37,101 nt of DNA from Clostridia bacterium (GCA_045576895.1 JAZNHI010000015.1:1-37101), one strand, 5' to 3'. Positions 23,839-34,089 are shown, numbered from the stretch's first letter. Notes: a model not told the origin generated them from the letters alone. Program-made: numbers and translations.

Positions 23839-25628
23839 TTATGGAAGAAAGAGTCATACACGGAAACGTCGCGGGGATCCGCGATACCATTCTGAATGAG
23901 ATGCAAACGCTGTACGAGGAAACACAGCCGAGCGGCGTGTTTGCTTCGTATGCGCTTTTGGAAAAGCTTGCGGATTATACCGGACGAATCGGACGCGAGA
24001 TCTCGGTTTATCTCTCGCGCAGCGGCGCGGTAAAGGACGTCTCAATAGGCGACGCATCGACGGTTTCCATGCCGGATATGCGCCTCGTGCGAAATGCGGA
24101 CCGGCTGGCGGGCGTTCGCTGTATCCATACGCATCCGAACGGAAGCGGCTACCTTTCCGATGTAGACCTAGGAACACTGAACTCCATGCGGCTCGACGCA
24201 ATGGCGGCGGTCGGCGTCAGAGACGGGCAGCCGACTTCGGTCTATGTCGCATTTGTCGGCGAAATGGAGGGGGAAGAACGGAAACCGCTGATCTACGGTC
24301 CGATGCGTGCGGACCGTCTTCCGCAGGATGCGCTTCTGAATGCGCTGATCGAAGCGGACAATCGGCTGAAAGCGCCGGCATACGCCGTCACACAGGCGGA
24401 GCCGGAACGTGCGGTGCTGGTCGGGATCGACAACGACGACGGTTACGATACGCTGGAAGAACTGCGTGCGCTTGCGGACACGGCAGGCGTCAATGTCGTG
24501 CATATGGAGCGGCAGCGCAAACGTGCGATTGACAACGGAACATATGTCGGCTCCGGCAAAGCGGACGAGCTGCGTCTGATCGGCAGCGCAACGGAAGCGG
24601 ACGTGTTTATCTTCGACGATGAGCTGTCCGCGATCCAGATCCGGAATCTCGAAAGCATCCTCGGCACGCCGGTCATCGACCGAACGATGCTGATCCTCGA
24701 TATCTTTGCAACCCGTGCCACCACGCGCGAAGGCAAGCTTCAGGTCGAGCTTTCTCAGCTGAAATACCGCCTGCCCCGCTTGCTCGGCGTCGGCGTTGCA
24801 ATGTCGCGCCAGGGCGCGTCCGGCGTCGGCATGCGCGGTCCGGGCGAGAAAAAGCTCGAGATCGATCGACGCCGCATCCGGCGCAGGATCTATGAGCTTG
24901 AGCAGGAGTTGAAGGAGGTTGAAAAGCAGAGGGGCGTTCGCCGTGCCGTTCGCAGAAAAAGCGATACGCCGGTCGTTGCCCTTGTCGGATACACGAACGC
25001 GGGAAAGAGCACACTTCTGAACGCGCTCTCGGACAGCGATGTGCTTGCCGAAGACAAGCTGTTTGCGACGCTCGATCCCGTGGTGCGAAGCATCGCACTG
25101 CCGGACGGAACACCCTGCCTTATAAGCGATACGGTCGGATTCATCAACAAGCTTCCGCACGATCTTGTGCAGGCGTTTCGCTCGACGCTGGAGGAGGTGC
25201 GCGACGCAGATCTGATCCTGCATGTGGTCGATGCGGGCTGCCCGTATTACGACGTGCAGATGCGCGTGACAAAGCAGGTGCTGGACAGCCTCGGCGCGGG
25301 AAATACGACCTGTATCGAAGTATTCAACAAATGCGATCTGCCGGAAGCGATCCCCGGCAAAAGAGAAAACGCAGTCGCAATCAGCGCAAAGACCGGAGAA
25401 GGGCTTGACCGGCTGCTTGCGCGGATCGAAACGGAGCTCAACCGTACGCAGCAGCGCGTGGAGCTTGTGATTCCGTATGACCGATACGAGGCGATCCGCG
25501 TGCTGCACGAGATCGGCAAGATCCTTTCGGAGTCGCATGAGGCGGACGGAACGCATGTCGTTGCGATGCTGGAAGGAAGCAAGCTGTACCGGCTGAAAAA
25601 CGCGCTGGAAGGACGTTCCGACAGCTGA
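23832..25628 (+). CDS. hflX: GTPase HflX with an extra ~190-aa N-terminal JAB/MPN-like domain
   Basis: HflX N-domain (GSGKADELR...TREGKLQVELSQLKYRLPRL). G domain (VALVGYTNAGKSTLLN, DTVGF, NKCD). The N-terminal extension contains HTHPNGSGYLSDVD. Confidence 0.9.
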   Translation: MLIMEERVIHGNVAGIRDTILNEMQTLYEETQPSGVFASYALLEKLADYTGRIGREISVYLSRSGAVKDVSIGDASTVSMPDMRLVRNADRLAGVRCIHTHPNGSGYLSDVDLGTLNSMRLDAMAAVGVRDGQPTSVYVAFVGEMEGEERKPLIYGPMRADRLPQDALLNALIEADNRLKAPAYAVTQAEPERAVLVGIDNDDGYDTLEELRALADTAGVNVVHMERQRKRAIDNGTYVGSGKADELRLIGSATEADVFIFDDELSAIQIRNLESILGTPVIDRTMLILDIFATRATTREGKLQVELSQLKYRLPRLLGVGVAMSRQGASGVGMRGPGEKKLEIDRRRIRRRIYELEQELKEVEKQRGVRRAVRRKSDTPVVALVGYTNAGKSTLLNALSDSDVLAEDKLFATLDPVVRSIALPDGTPCLISDTVGFINKLPHDLVQAFRSTLEEVRDADLILHVVDAGCPYYDVQMRVTKQVLDSLGAGNTTCIEVFNKCDLPEAIPGKRENAVAISAKTGEGLDRLLARIETELNRTQQRVELVIPYDRYEAIRVLHEIGKILSESHEADGTHVVAMLEGSKLYRLKNALEGRSDS

Positions 25629-25744
25629 ACGGGACGTTTCGGGGAATTATTTACAATCGTCTTACATATATTTTGCGAATGCGATCCGGTCGCGCCTTTT
25701 CAAATAGGGCATACCGTGGTATACTGTAACGGTAGGAGTTCGAC

Positions 25745-27781
25745 ATGAAGCGTTATTTATCTATCTTTCTTGCGGCGGTCATGCTGCTTGCGGTTTTTCC
25801 GCACAGTGCCGTCTGCGAGACAGAACAATCGCATATCATTGAAGCGGATCAGGTGCTCGTGTACAACCCGCTGCCTTATAACGAGACGGGGAATATGCTG
25901 TTTTCCGGCACGTTTCCGAAACCGGAAGACAAAGAACCGGACAAGGGCGATCCGCTGTTTGCCGCAGGACTGCACCGAACGGGCAAGGACCGCTCGACGG
26001 AAACGAAAGATGCGGGCATGCGTGATTTCTGGATCTGCACGGATCTGATGACATACCGATATGACAAGTGTACCTTCCGGCTTGCAAAAGAAGGCGAACA
26101 CTGCTGCATCTGGACATTGGAAAACGATACCGTTTCCTTCACGGAGGAACAAACGGATGCGATGCTGGATCAGTTTGAACGCATCATCTATCCGAGCAAC
26201 ACATCCCGGTTCGGCGGTTTCCGCGATCTTTCCGGGGATGGGAAGCTGCATATCCTGACCTATGCGATGAACAGCACGTCCGTGTGCGGCTTTTTCGATT
26301 CTTACGACCTCTATACGCAGGATGAGATCAAGGAGATCGACCCAGACGATTACGAGAGCTACAACTACCTTCCGATCATCAATGTCAATTCCCGTATGGC
26401 AAATCGGGATGCGATCGTGTACGGCACGCTTGCGCACGAATTCCAGCATCTGATTCTGCGCAGTGCGGTGCTGGAAGCGCCTGCGAACCGCGATCGCCTC
26501 GGGCATGAGCGATCCGTCGGCGTATGGCTGAACGAAGGCTTCTCCATGGCTGCGGAAGAATTTGCGTATCCGGGATCCGTTGCGGAGCAGGGGTATTTAG
26601 ACGCATACGGTCGATCCGAAAAGGTCCTGCTCGGGATGAGCTATCAGAACTTCGACGCATCGTCAAACGACGTCGGCGCCTACGGTCAATCGTTCCTGTT
26701 TGCCGAGTATCTTCGCGCGCAGTGCGGCGACGACGTTTTCCGCAGCGTTCTGGATTATTGGCGCAGTGCCGCGTCGATCTCCGGACTGACCGAAGGAGCG
26801 GCGATCCGTATGCAACTTGCGGATGAGCAGATCCGTTCGCTGCAGTCGCTTTGCATATTTACCGACGCCGTCCGGGAAAAGCTCGGAACCGAGGACGAGA
26901 TTTTGCTTTCCTCTTTTGCGCTGGCGTTCCGCCTTGCAATTCTGTTGAAGGAAGAAAACGGATTGTACGCAATCGGCCCTTCCGACCCATCCATGCCCGT
27001 GTATTCGGGCAAAGGTCGGAAAATCGAAGGCGGCGGCGCGCTGATGCTTCTGTGCGAAGGCAGCTTTACGGTCCCTGCGGATGCGGACAGCGGTCTCATC
27101 TTTGTCGGGATCAAAGACGGATCCGTTACGGAGTGTTATTCGGTTCCGGAACCGGAGGAAGGGTTTTATGTGATCGCAGCGCAGTACGGCGACACATGGT
27201 ATGCCGTTCCGGCGACGCCTTCTTCCGATCGGATCCTGAAAGCGATTCCGGTCACGCCGAATGACGACGGAACGATCGATGCAAAGAATGCTTCCGGAGC
27301 GATCTTCTTTGCGGAACGTGCAGAAGACGGATATCGGTTTTTATGCGATGACAGGAACGGACGCTGCAGCCTGAACCGTACCGGCGCGAGTCGGCAGACG
27401 CTGAACGTTTCCGCAGATACCTGTGTATTCTCCTGGTCGCATTTTTCAGACGGAACCGACCGCTTGCAAGCGGACGGATACTACGGACGCGCGATCCTTT
27501 ACGGAGATTATCAGGGCGGCTTCGGATACTTTGCTGCAGGTTATTTCGATAACGAGTCTTTCGCAAAACCGCAGCTTTTGCGCGTCACATTCCTACGGGG
27601 AGATGCGAATCTGGACGGAAAACTGACGGCAGCGGACGCAGCTTTGGTTCTGCGCACGGTCGTCGGATTGTCTTATATGAATGCGCCGATGCGCAAAACC
27701 GGCGATCTTGACGGCGACGGAGAGATCACGGCGGCGGACGCAGCAAAGATCCTGCGTCTCATCGTACAAATTGACAATTGA
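25745..27781 (+). CDS. secreted HExxH zinc metallopeptidase (M30/hyicolysin-like) with C-terminal dockerin
   Basis: Signal peptide. HEFQH at nt 26435-26449. C-terminal dockerin repeats (GDANLDGKLTAADAALVLRTVVG; GDLDGDGEITAADAAKILRLIV). The M30 assignment is from memory of the HEFQH motif. Confidence 0.7.
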   Translation: MKRYLSIFLAAVMLLAVFPHSAVCETEQSHIIEADQVLVYNPLPYNETGNMLFSGTFPKPEDKEPDKGDPLFAAGLHRTGKDRSTETKDAGMRDFWICTDLMTYRYDKCTFRLAKEGEHCCIWTLENDTVSFTEEQTDAMLDQFERIIYPSNTSRFGGFRDLSGDGKLHILTYAMNSTSVCGFFDSYDLYTQDEIKEIDPDDYESYNYLPIINVNSRMANRDAIVYGTLAHEFQHLILRSAVLEAPANRDRLGHERSVGVWLNEGFSMAAEEFAYPGSVAEQGYLDAYGRSEKVLLGMSYQNFDASSNDVGAYGQSFLFAEYLRAQCGDDVFRSVLDYWRSAASISGLTEGAAIRMQLADEQIRSLQSLCIFTDAVREKLGTEDEILLSSFALAFRLAILLKEENGLYAIGPSDPSMPVYSGKGRKIEGGGALMLLCEGSFTVPADADSGLIFVGIKDGSVTECYSVPEPEEGFYVIAAQYGDTWYAVPATPSSDRILKAIPVTPNDDGTIDAKNASGAIFFAERAEDGYRFLCDDRNGRCSLNRTGASRQTLNVSADTCVFSWSHFSDGTDRLQADGYYGRAILYGDYQGGFGYFAAGYFDNESFAKPQLLRVTFLRGDANLDGKLTAADAALVLRTVVGLSYMNAPMRKTGDLDGDGEITAADAAKILRLIVQIDN

Positions 27782-27795
27782 TCGGAGGATCGGAT

Positions 27796-30700
27796 ATGCG
27801 GTCTAAACTATGGAAAAGAATACTTGCGTGTCTGCTGACCGTCTGCACGGTGATTTCGATGGTCGGCTGCGGCACAACGGATCCCGAGAAATCAACGAAG
27901 GGGATCGTGATCAGCGAAGTCGTGTCCAGCAACGGACAAAGTTATCGTCACGATTTTTACGGCTCACCGGACTGGATCGAGCTGCACAATGAATCGGATC
28001 ATCCCATCGATCTGTTTGGATGGGGGATCACCGACAATGTGAAAAACGCAGAAAAAGCGTTGACGCTTCCGGAAATTATCCTGCCTGCGGATGGGTATCT
28101 GCTGCTGCTTGCAACCAAACAGGAAAAGACCGATACGTTCACATGGGACGGAAAAAGCCCGATCTGTCTCGGCTTTTCGCTGAAGGCGGCCGGGGAAGAG
28201 CTGGTTCTGATCAACGCAAATCTGCAGTCGGTCGACGAGGTTGCCGTTCCGCAACTGAACCGCGATATTTCCTACGCACGCCGCAGCAACGGCACGTTCG
28301 GGTACTGCGAGGAGCCGACGCCCGGCAAAGCAAACACAACGAAGATTTCCGATACGCAGCCGGCGGCGAAGGAGCCGGAAACGCCCGAACCGATAACGGG
28401 CGTGGAGATCACCGAGGTTTCCTCACGGAACACGCTGCTTTCCTGCGGCGGATGCCCGAAGTGCGATTGGGTGGAACTGCACAACACGACGAACACCGAC
28501 ATCACGCTCGACGGTTTTACGCTGTGCGACGAGCCGCGCGATTTTGACGACGCCAATCTGCACGGCGTCTTGCCTGCAAACGGATACGTGATCGTTTTCT
28601 GCTGTGAAAAAGACTGCAGCACAAAGGACAGCCATCTGTGCATCAATCTCGGCGTCAGCCGTTACGGTGACACGCTGTATCTGTTCGATCCGAACGGGTT
28701 TGAACTGGAAACGGTGAACGTTCCGGAAATGCCGTATAAGGATGTGACGTATGCGCGCCGTTCCGACGGGACCTTCGGCTACTGCGATGCGCCGACGCCC
28801 GGGCAGTCGAACACAACGGACATCACAAACGATCCGCCGTATCATCCGGAGGAGACGCAGGAGCCGGAGAAAAAGGATGACAAGAACGATGACGAACCGG
28901 TGGATCCGACGCTGCACGCAAAGCGGCCAAAGGATGTTCGCATCAGCGAAGCGCTTGCAAAGAATGCGTACAGTATTACCGATCGGGAAGGCGAGCGCTG
29001 CGACTGGGTCGAGCTGTTCAACACCACCGGTGAGACGATTTCTCTCTCCGGCTGGTATCTGTCCGACAATCCGAGGAATTTGCTGAAATGGGCGCTGCCC
29101 GACTCCGCATTGATCACTGCAAACGGCTATCTGATCGTGTTCCTTTCCGGCAAAACGAACATCGCCGGGGAACTGCATGCGAACTTCTCGCTCGGAACGG
29201 GGGAGACGCTGTTCCTTTACAACGAGAAGACCGGCGAACTGGATTGGGTCACGATCCCGGAGCTGCCGGACAACGTCTCGGTCGGACTTGACGAAAACAA
29301 TGAACAGGTTTACTACCGCTATCCGACGCCGGGCGAACCGAACGGACACGCCGATAAGAATGCGGAGGCGATCGGTTTTTTTCAACCTGACGGCGTATAC
29401 ATCTCCGAGGTATGCGCCATTCACGATCGGGGAAGCAAGGAAAAGGACTGGATCGAGCTCTATAACGGCGCAAACATCGAGACCGTACTCGACGGCTGGT
29501 ATCTGAGCGATTCGCTGAAGGAGCCGAAAAAATACCGGATTTCGTCACTGACGCTGGAGGCAAACGGTTACGGCGTGATCGAAACGACGACCTCGCAGGT
29601 GAATCGCAGCGACGGCGACGCATCCTTCGGCATCAGTCCAAGCGGCGAAACGCTGTACCTGTCCGATCCGAACGGCGTGATCCGCGATGCGTTCCAGACC
29701 GGCGTGCAGCGAAACGGCATGTCCAGCGGCAGGATCGAAGGCGACAATCATACCAGACGCGTCTTTTTTTCGAAAAAGACCAAGGGTGCTCCGAACAGCG
29801 ATTCCCGCTATACCGGATATACGAGTCAGCCGATGTTCTCGGAAACCGACTTGTATCCGGGCGGTGCGTTCAATCTGACGCTGACCTGCGCTGATCCGAA
29901 TGCGGTCATTCGCTATACCACTAACGGAAGCGAACCGACGGAGAAGAGCAAACAGTATACGGAGCCGATCAAGATCTCCAACAATACAGTCATACGAGCG
30001 ATCGCTTATTCGGACGGTCTTTTGAAGAGCGAAGTCGTGACCTTCCATTATCTGTTCGACGAGCCGCATCAGGTGCCGGTCGTCTGCATGGCGATCGCGC
30101 CGGAGGATTTCAAAAAGGTCTATAACGTCAAAAAACATAGGGATCTGAAGGGAACGGACCGCAAAGCGCAGTTCAATTATTACGAAGCCGACGGCAAGAT
30201 CGGAACGACGTTCCCGGCGGATGTGCGCTGCAAGGGACAGGGAACACTTGTCTACAGCCAGAAGTCGTTTTCACTGCATCTGCGCGGACAGTACGGCATG
30301 AGCAAGCTCGAGTACCCGCTGTTTCCGGATTATCCGTACACGACGTTCGGCGCACTCGTTCTGCGCAACGGCGGACAGGAAAACGGACGCGCCCGCCTTG
30401 TTGATTCCTTTGTGTCGCGCATGAGCATCGGCATGAATGTGGAAGTTGCGGATTCCAGACCGACGGCGCTGTATATCAACGGTGAATATTACGGACTCTA
30501 TGAGCTCGGTGAGGATCTGAACGCCGACTTTCTTGAAACACATTACGGCGCGGATCAGGATCTGGTCGATCTCGTTCGTTACAACGGCGACGTCGCGACA
30601 CAGGGCTCCAGCAAGGACTGGGTCGCGCTGCGCGATTATGCGAAGAAGGCAAAGCTTACGGACGATGACGATTACGCGGCATATCTCGAAAAGATCGACG

Positions 30701-31239
30701 AGGCGTATTTCATTGACTATCTGATCGCGCGTACCTATGCGTGCGATTCGGATATGATCAATCAGAAGTACTGGCGCGTGCGCGGATCGATCAAGTGGCG
30801 TCCGCTGCTGTTTGACCTCGATCTATCCCTGCGCAGTCCGAAACGAAACGACGTCATGGACAAGTATTTTTCCAAGAATCCGGTCGTTTCTCCGCATGGA
30901 TATCAGTCGGTCTTCTATGTGTTTGCCGTGCTGAAGACCAATAAAGGCTTTTGTGAAAAATTTGTCGATCGCTATGTGCAGATCCTGTATACGCAGTACG
31001 ATACCGATCGCCTTCTGAAGCTGCTCGACGAAATGATTGCCGAGTATGAAACAGAAATGCCGCGGCAGATCAAGCGGTGGGGAAATCCCGGATCCATGTC
31101 GAAATGGAAAGATTATCTCGACGATGTCCGTACATTCATCAAGGGCAGGCGTGAAGTGATGATCGATAAGCTAAAAAAGACATTCAAGATTTCCGACAGT
31201 GAAATGGACGCCCTGATCGCCAAGTATCAAAATTCGTGA
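27796..31239 (+). CDS. large lipoprotein: four lamin-tail (LTD) domains + Fn3-associated/CHB_HEX_C-like module + CotH kinase-family domain
   Basis: Lipobox VISMVGCG. Repeated LTD signature (ISEV.....DWIELHN....I.L.GW.LSD). CotH-like C-terminus (FSLHLRGQYG...LVLRNGGQ...YINGEYYGLYEL...DYLIARTY). GGAGG RBS before the ATG at 27796. Confidence 0.8.
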   Translation: MRSKLWKRILACLLTVCTVISMVGCGTTDPEKSTKGIVISEVVSSNGQSYRHDFYGSPDWIELHNESDHPIDLFGWGITDNVKNAEKALTLPEIILPADGYLLLLATKQEKTDTFTWDGKSPICLGFSLKAAGEELVLINANLQSVDEVAVPQLNRDISYARRSNGTFGYCEEPTPGKANTTKISDTQPAAKEPETPEPITGVEITEVSSRNTLLSCGGCPKCDWVELHNTTNTDITLDGFTLCDEPRDFDDANLHGVLPANGYVIVFCCEKDCSTKDSHLCINLGVSRYGDTLYLFDPNGFELETVNVPEMPYKDVTYARRSDGTFGYCDAPTPGQSNTTDITNDPPYHPEETQEPEKKDDKNDDEPVDPTLHAKRPKDVRISEALAKNAYSITDREGERCDWVELFNTTGETISLSGWYLSDNPRNLLKWALPDSALITANGYLIVFLSGKTNIAGELHANFSLGTGETLFLYNEKTGELDWVTIPELPDNVSVGLDENNEQVYYRYPTPGEPNGHADKNAEAIGFFQPDGVYISEVCAIHDRGSKEKDWIELYNGANIETVLDGWYLSDSLKEPKKYRISSLTLEANGYGVIETTTSQVNRSDGDASFGISPSGETLYLSDPNGVIRDAFQTGVQRNGMSSGRIEGDNHTRRVFFSKKTKGAPNSDSRYTGYTSQPMFSETDLYPGGAFNLTLTCADPNAVIRYTTNGSEPTEKSKQYTEPIKISNNTVIRAIAYSDGLLKSEVVTFHYLFDEPHQVPVVCMAIAPEDFKKVYNVKKHRDLKGTDRKAQFNYYEADGKIGTTFPADVRCKGQGTLVYSQKSFSLHLRGQYGMSKLEYPLFPDYPYTTFGALVLRNGGQENGRARLVDSFVSRMSIGMNVEVADSRPTALYINGEYYGLYELGEDLNADFLETHYGADQDLVDLVRYNGDVATQGSSKDWVALRDYAKKAKLTDDDDYAAYLEKIDEAYFIDYLIARTYACDSDMINQKYWRVRGSIKWRPLLFDLDLSLRSPKRNDVMDKYFSKNPVVSPHGYQSVFYVFAVLKTNKGFCEKFVDRYVQILYTQYDTDRLLKLLDEMIAEYETEMPRQIKRWGNPGSMSKWKDYLDDVRTFIKGRREVMIDKLKKTFKISDSEMDALIAKYQNS

Positions 31240-31274
31240 CCGTTTACAACAGAGAAAAACAGAAAGGCATAAAC

Positions 31275-32201
31275 ATGAAGGCAGAACCTTTCAACACGCC
31301 GGATCCTACCGAAGCCGACAGCATCCTGATCAGCGACGGGATCACAAAGAAATATAAGGAAACGACGGCAAACAACCATATCTCCGTTGCAATTCCGCGC
31401 GGAAAGATCGTCGGATTCGTAGGAGAGAATGGCAGCGGCAAAACGACGTTTCTGCGGATCATAACCGGTCTGATCTACCCGAATTCCGGCACGTTCCGGT
31501 TCAATACGCCGGGCGGAAAATGTCGGATCGGCGCCATCGTGGAATCGCCGGCATACCACCCGGGCATGTCTGCAAAGGACAATCTGCGCTTTCAGGCACG
31601 GCTGTGCGGCGCGGATGAGAAAGGGATCGATGAGATTTTGAAAATGGTCGGTCTTGCGGACACCGGAAAGAAAGCCGCGAAGCATTTCTCGCTGGGCATG
31701 CGTCAGCGCCTCGGGATCGCGATCGCGCTGCTTTCCGATCCGGAACTGCTCATTCTTGATGAACCGACGAACGGACTCGATCCGCAGGGGATCATCGAAC
31801 TGCGCGAATTTCTGAAATCACTGTGCGAAAAGCGTCGGATGACGCTGCTCATCTCCTCGCATATCCTCAGCGAGCTGTCACTTCTGGCGGAGCATTATCT
31901 GTTCATTCACAAAGGCGTCATCTTGAAATCAGTCTCTGCTGACGAACTGTTTGCCCATTCCGATAAACGCATGATCTTCAAATGCAGCGGTGATCCGTCT
32001 GCCTTCCTGAAGGATGCGGTATCCAACGGCTGGGCAGAGGAAACAGAGGTCAGGGATGACTGCTGTATTCTCCACGGACCGAAACACTACCCTGCGATTC
32101 TGAAAGCACTGTCCGATCTGGATGTGACGGCGCTCGAAACGAAGGAGGAAACCTTGGAGACGCGCTATCTGTCTCTGATGGAGAGGGGGGAACAGCAATG
32201 A
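31275..32201 (+). CDS. ABC transporter ATP-binding protein
   Basis: Walker A GENGSGKTT, signature-like FSLGMRQRL, Walker B LLILDEPTNGLD. Confidence 0.85.
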   Translation: MKAEPFNTPDPTEADSILISDGITKKYKETTANNHISVAIPRGKIVGFVGENGSGKTTFLRIITGLIYPNSGTFRFNTPGGKCRIGAIVESPAYHPGMSAKDNLRFQARLCGADEKGIDEILKMVGLADTGKKAAKHFSLGMRQRLGIAIALLSDPELLILDEPTNGLDPQGIIELREFLKSLCEKRRMTLLISSHILSELSLLAEHYLFIHKGVILKSVSADELFAHSDKRMIFKCSGDPSAFLKDAVSNGWAEETEVRDDCCILHGPKHYPAILKALSDLDVTALETKEETLETRYLSLMERGEQQ

Positions 32202-33016
32202 AAAGAGTTCTGTCTGCGGATTTCTTCGACCTGCGCAAATCCAGAATGGTTTATCTGCTGCCGCTGTTTGCCGTTCTGCTCGGCGTTCTGATGCCGATGA
32301 TGTATTACGGTATCTATGTGCTGTTCAAATACATCGGAAGCTTGGACGCGCTGAAGGATAATGCCTCGTTTCAATCACTGACCGGGATGCTGGACATTCT
32401 GAATGCACGTACGGTTTTCTACGGCTCGCTGCCGCTGTCGCAGGGATTCGGACTGATGATGACGGCGATGGTCGGATTTCGCGCAGCGCGGCCGTTCGGA
32501 ACGGGAACCTATCGGAATAAAGTCATTGCCGGAATCCCGCGTCCCGCGGTCTATCTGTCACAGTCTTTGATCTGCCTGCAGCTTTCCATAGTCGGTGCTG
32601 TGCTGTATACGCTGTCCGCGGCGCTCACAAGCCGATGGACCTTCGGCGCACTGGATCTGTCCGGAAAGGAGATCCTGAGCATAGCGGTGTTTTCCTTCGG
32701 AATCTATCTTGTGTATACGGCAATTCCGGTGTTCAGCGCGTTTCTTACCCGCAGCGTACCGCTGACGCTGATTATCTCCATGGTGCTGCCGATCCTGATG
32801 CAGACAGTGATCTCGCTTGTCAGTCCCATGATGATCTCCGCACCGGACGCGATCCTGTATGTCCTTGCAGTGTTCCCGTCGTTTCAGGGCGTCTATATGA
32901 CAAGCTCGGACCCCGCGACCGCAATTCTGCTCATAGCGCTTGCCGCGGATATTGTATGGGCTGCGCTGCTGACGGTTATCGGCATTCTTCGATTCAAAAA
33001 AGCCGACATGAAATAA
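32198..33016 (+). CDS. ABC-2 type transporter permease
   Basis: Six predicted TM segments. ATGA overlap with the ATPase gene. Confidence 0.7.
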   Translation: MKRVLSADFFDLRKSRMVYLLPLFAVLLGVLMPMMYYGIYVLFKYIGSLDALKDNASFQSLTGMLDILNARTVFYGSLPLSQGFGLMMTAMVGFRAARPFGTGTYRNKVIAGIPRPAVYLSQSLICLQLSIVGAVLYTLSAALTSRWTFGALDLSGKEILSIAVFSFGIYLVYTAIPVFSAFLTRSVPLTLIISMVLPILMQTVISLVSPMMISAPDAILYVLAVFPSFQGVYMTSSDPATAILLIALAADIVWAALLTVIGILRFKKADMK

Positions 33017-33030
33017 GAACGAGCATGAAT

Positions 33031-33067
33031 AAGCCCGATCCGGAACTATGCCGGGTCGGGCTTTTGC
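33031..33067. terminator. intrinsic terminator between convergent genes
   Basis: AAGCCCGATCCGG-aactat-GCCGGGTCGGGCTT stem with one mismatch, followed by TTTG. Confidence 0.7.
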
Positions 33068-33081
33068 GTACATAAGGACGG

Positions 33082-33297
33082 TCAGTATTCGTCCGGATCG
33101 TATTCAAGGAGATCGCCGGGCTGGCAGTGCAACGCTTCACAGATTGCAATCAAGGTCGAAAATCGGATCGCACTGATGTGACCGTTCTTCAGCTTGGACA
33201 GGTTGACGTTTGCAACGCCAACCTTGTCGGAAAGCTCCTTGAGACTCATTTTGCGGTCCGCCATGACGCGGTCAAGTCTTAGAATGATTTTGCCCAT
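33082..33297 (-). CDS. XRE-family helix-turn-helix regulator (YozG-like)
   Basis: RLDRVMADRKMSLKELSDKVGVANVNLSKLKNGHISAIRFSTLIAICEALHCQPGDLLEY is a 71-aa stand-alone HTH_26-type protein. Confidence 0.85.
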   Translation of the reverse strand: MGKIILRLDRVMADRKMSLKELSDKVGVANVNLSKLKNGHISAIRFSTLIAICEALHCQPGDLLEYDPDEY

Positions 33298-33305
33298 CGT
33301 TCACC

Positions 33306-34034
33306 TCAAAGCGTTTCGTCGGATTCTTTCTGCAGCTGTGCACCGTAACGGAAGATCACGGTCAGGAACAAAACGAGCAGTGCGATCAGGATCGGCGCAA
33401 AGCTGAACGAGACCTCCAGACCGGTATTCATATTCGCGGGATTCAGCGAGAAGGAGAGGTCGATGGAACGCCGGATCATCGCGTTTCCGACGGCTTCCGC
33501 AATACTCGACAGAACGGCACAGCCCATCAGCACCCAAGCGAATACGGTCATACGGCGGATCACGTCGTCCGCAAACGGCGTTTCGCAGGAGCGGAACGCA
33601 TCGCAAAGCCGTTTCAGAAATACGAATACGACAAGCAGCGCCGCGCAATAGACGAACCCGGAAAACGCTGCGGTTGCAAGTCGCGTCAACCGAAACTCAG
33701 ACCGCTCCGAGGATGCGTAAAGCGTCAGTCCGCTGTCCGTTTTTTCCATTGTGATGTCGTTGTATTCCGTACCGTTGACGCCGAGCTTTGCGTTCAGCTC
33801 CGTGGGATCATCGGGAATTTTATACATCCATTTGCCGATCAGGCTCTTGCCGACATGGATATCCATCTCGCCTTTGACGCCGATCGTGGCTGCATCTTTC
33901 GGCAGGGCAGCAAGCGTAATACCGCCGGAGAGGCATGCAAAGCAGGCGACGGACATCAAAACGATCAGTATGATCGTAACGATCTGACCGACAAGGCCGA
34001 CACGGTTGACTTTTCTTTTGATTGTGTTTTCCAT
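33306..34034 (-). CDS. DUF2975-type membrane protein (usual partner of the YozG-like HTH)
   Basis: Multi-TM protein directly upstream of the small HTH gene. GGAGG RBS. Confidence 0.7.
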   Translation of the reverse strand: MENTIKRKVNRVGLVGQIVTIILIVLMSVACFACLSGGITLAALPKDAATIGVKGEMDIHVGKSLIGKWMYKIPDDPTELNAKLGVNGTEYNDITMEKTDSGLTLYASSERSEFRLTRLATAAFSGFVYCAALLVVFVFLKRLCDAFRSCETPFADDVIRRMTVFAWVLMGCAVLSSIAEAVGNAMIRRSIDLSFSLNPANMNTGLEVSFSFAPILIALLVLFLTVIFRYGAQLQKESDETL

Positions 34035-34089
34035 TTTAGATTCCTCCGATTCGTTAAATTATTTACGTTTCTCGTAAACTCCTGAACAG

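Noticed and set aside
24168-25556. 462-aa ORF on the - strand
   Set aside because: It is antisense to hflX, which has clear G-domain motifs. It is a shadow frame.
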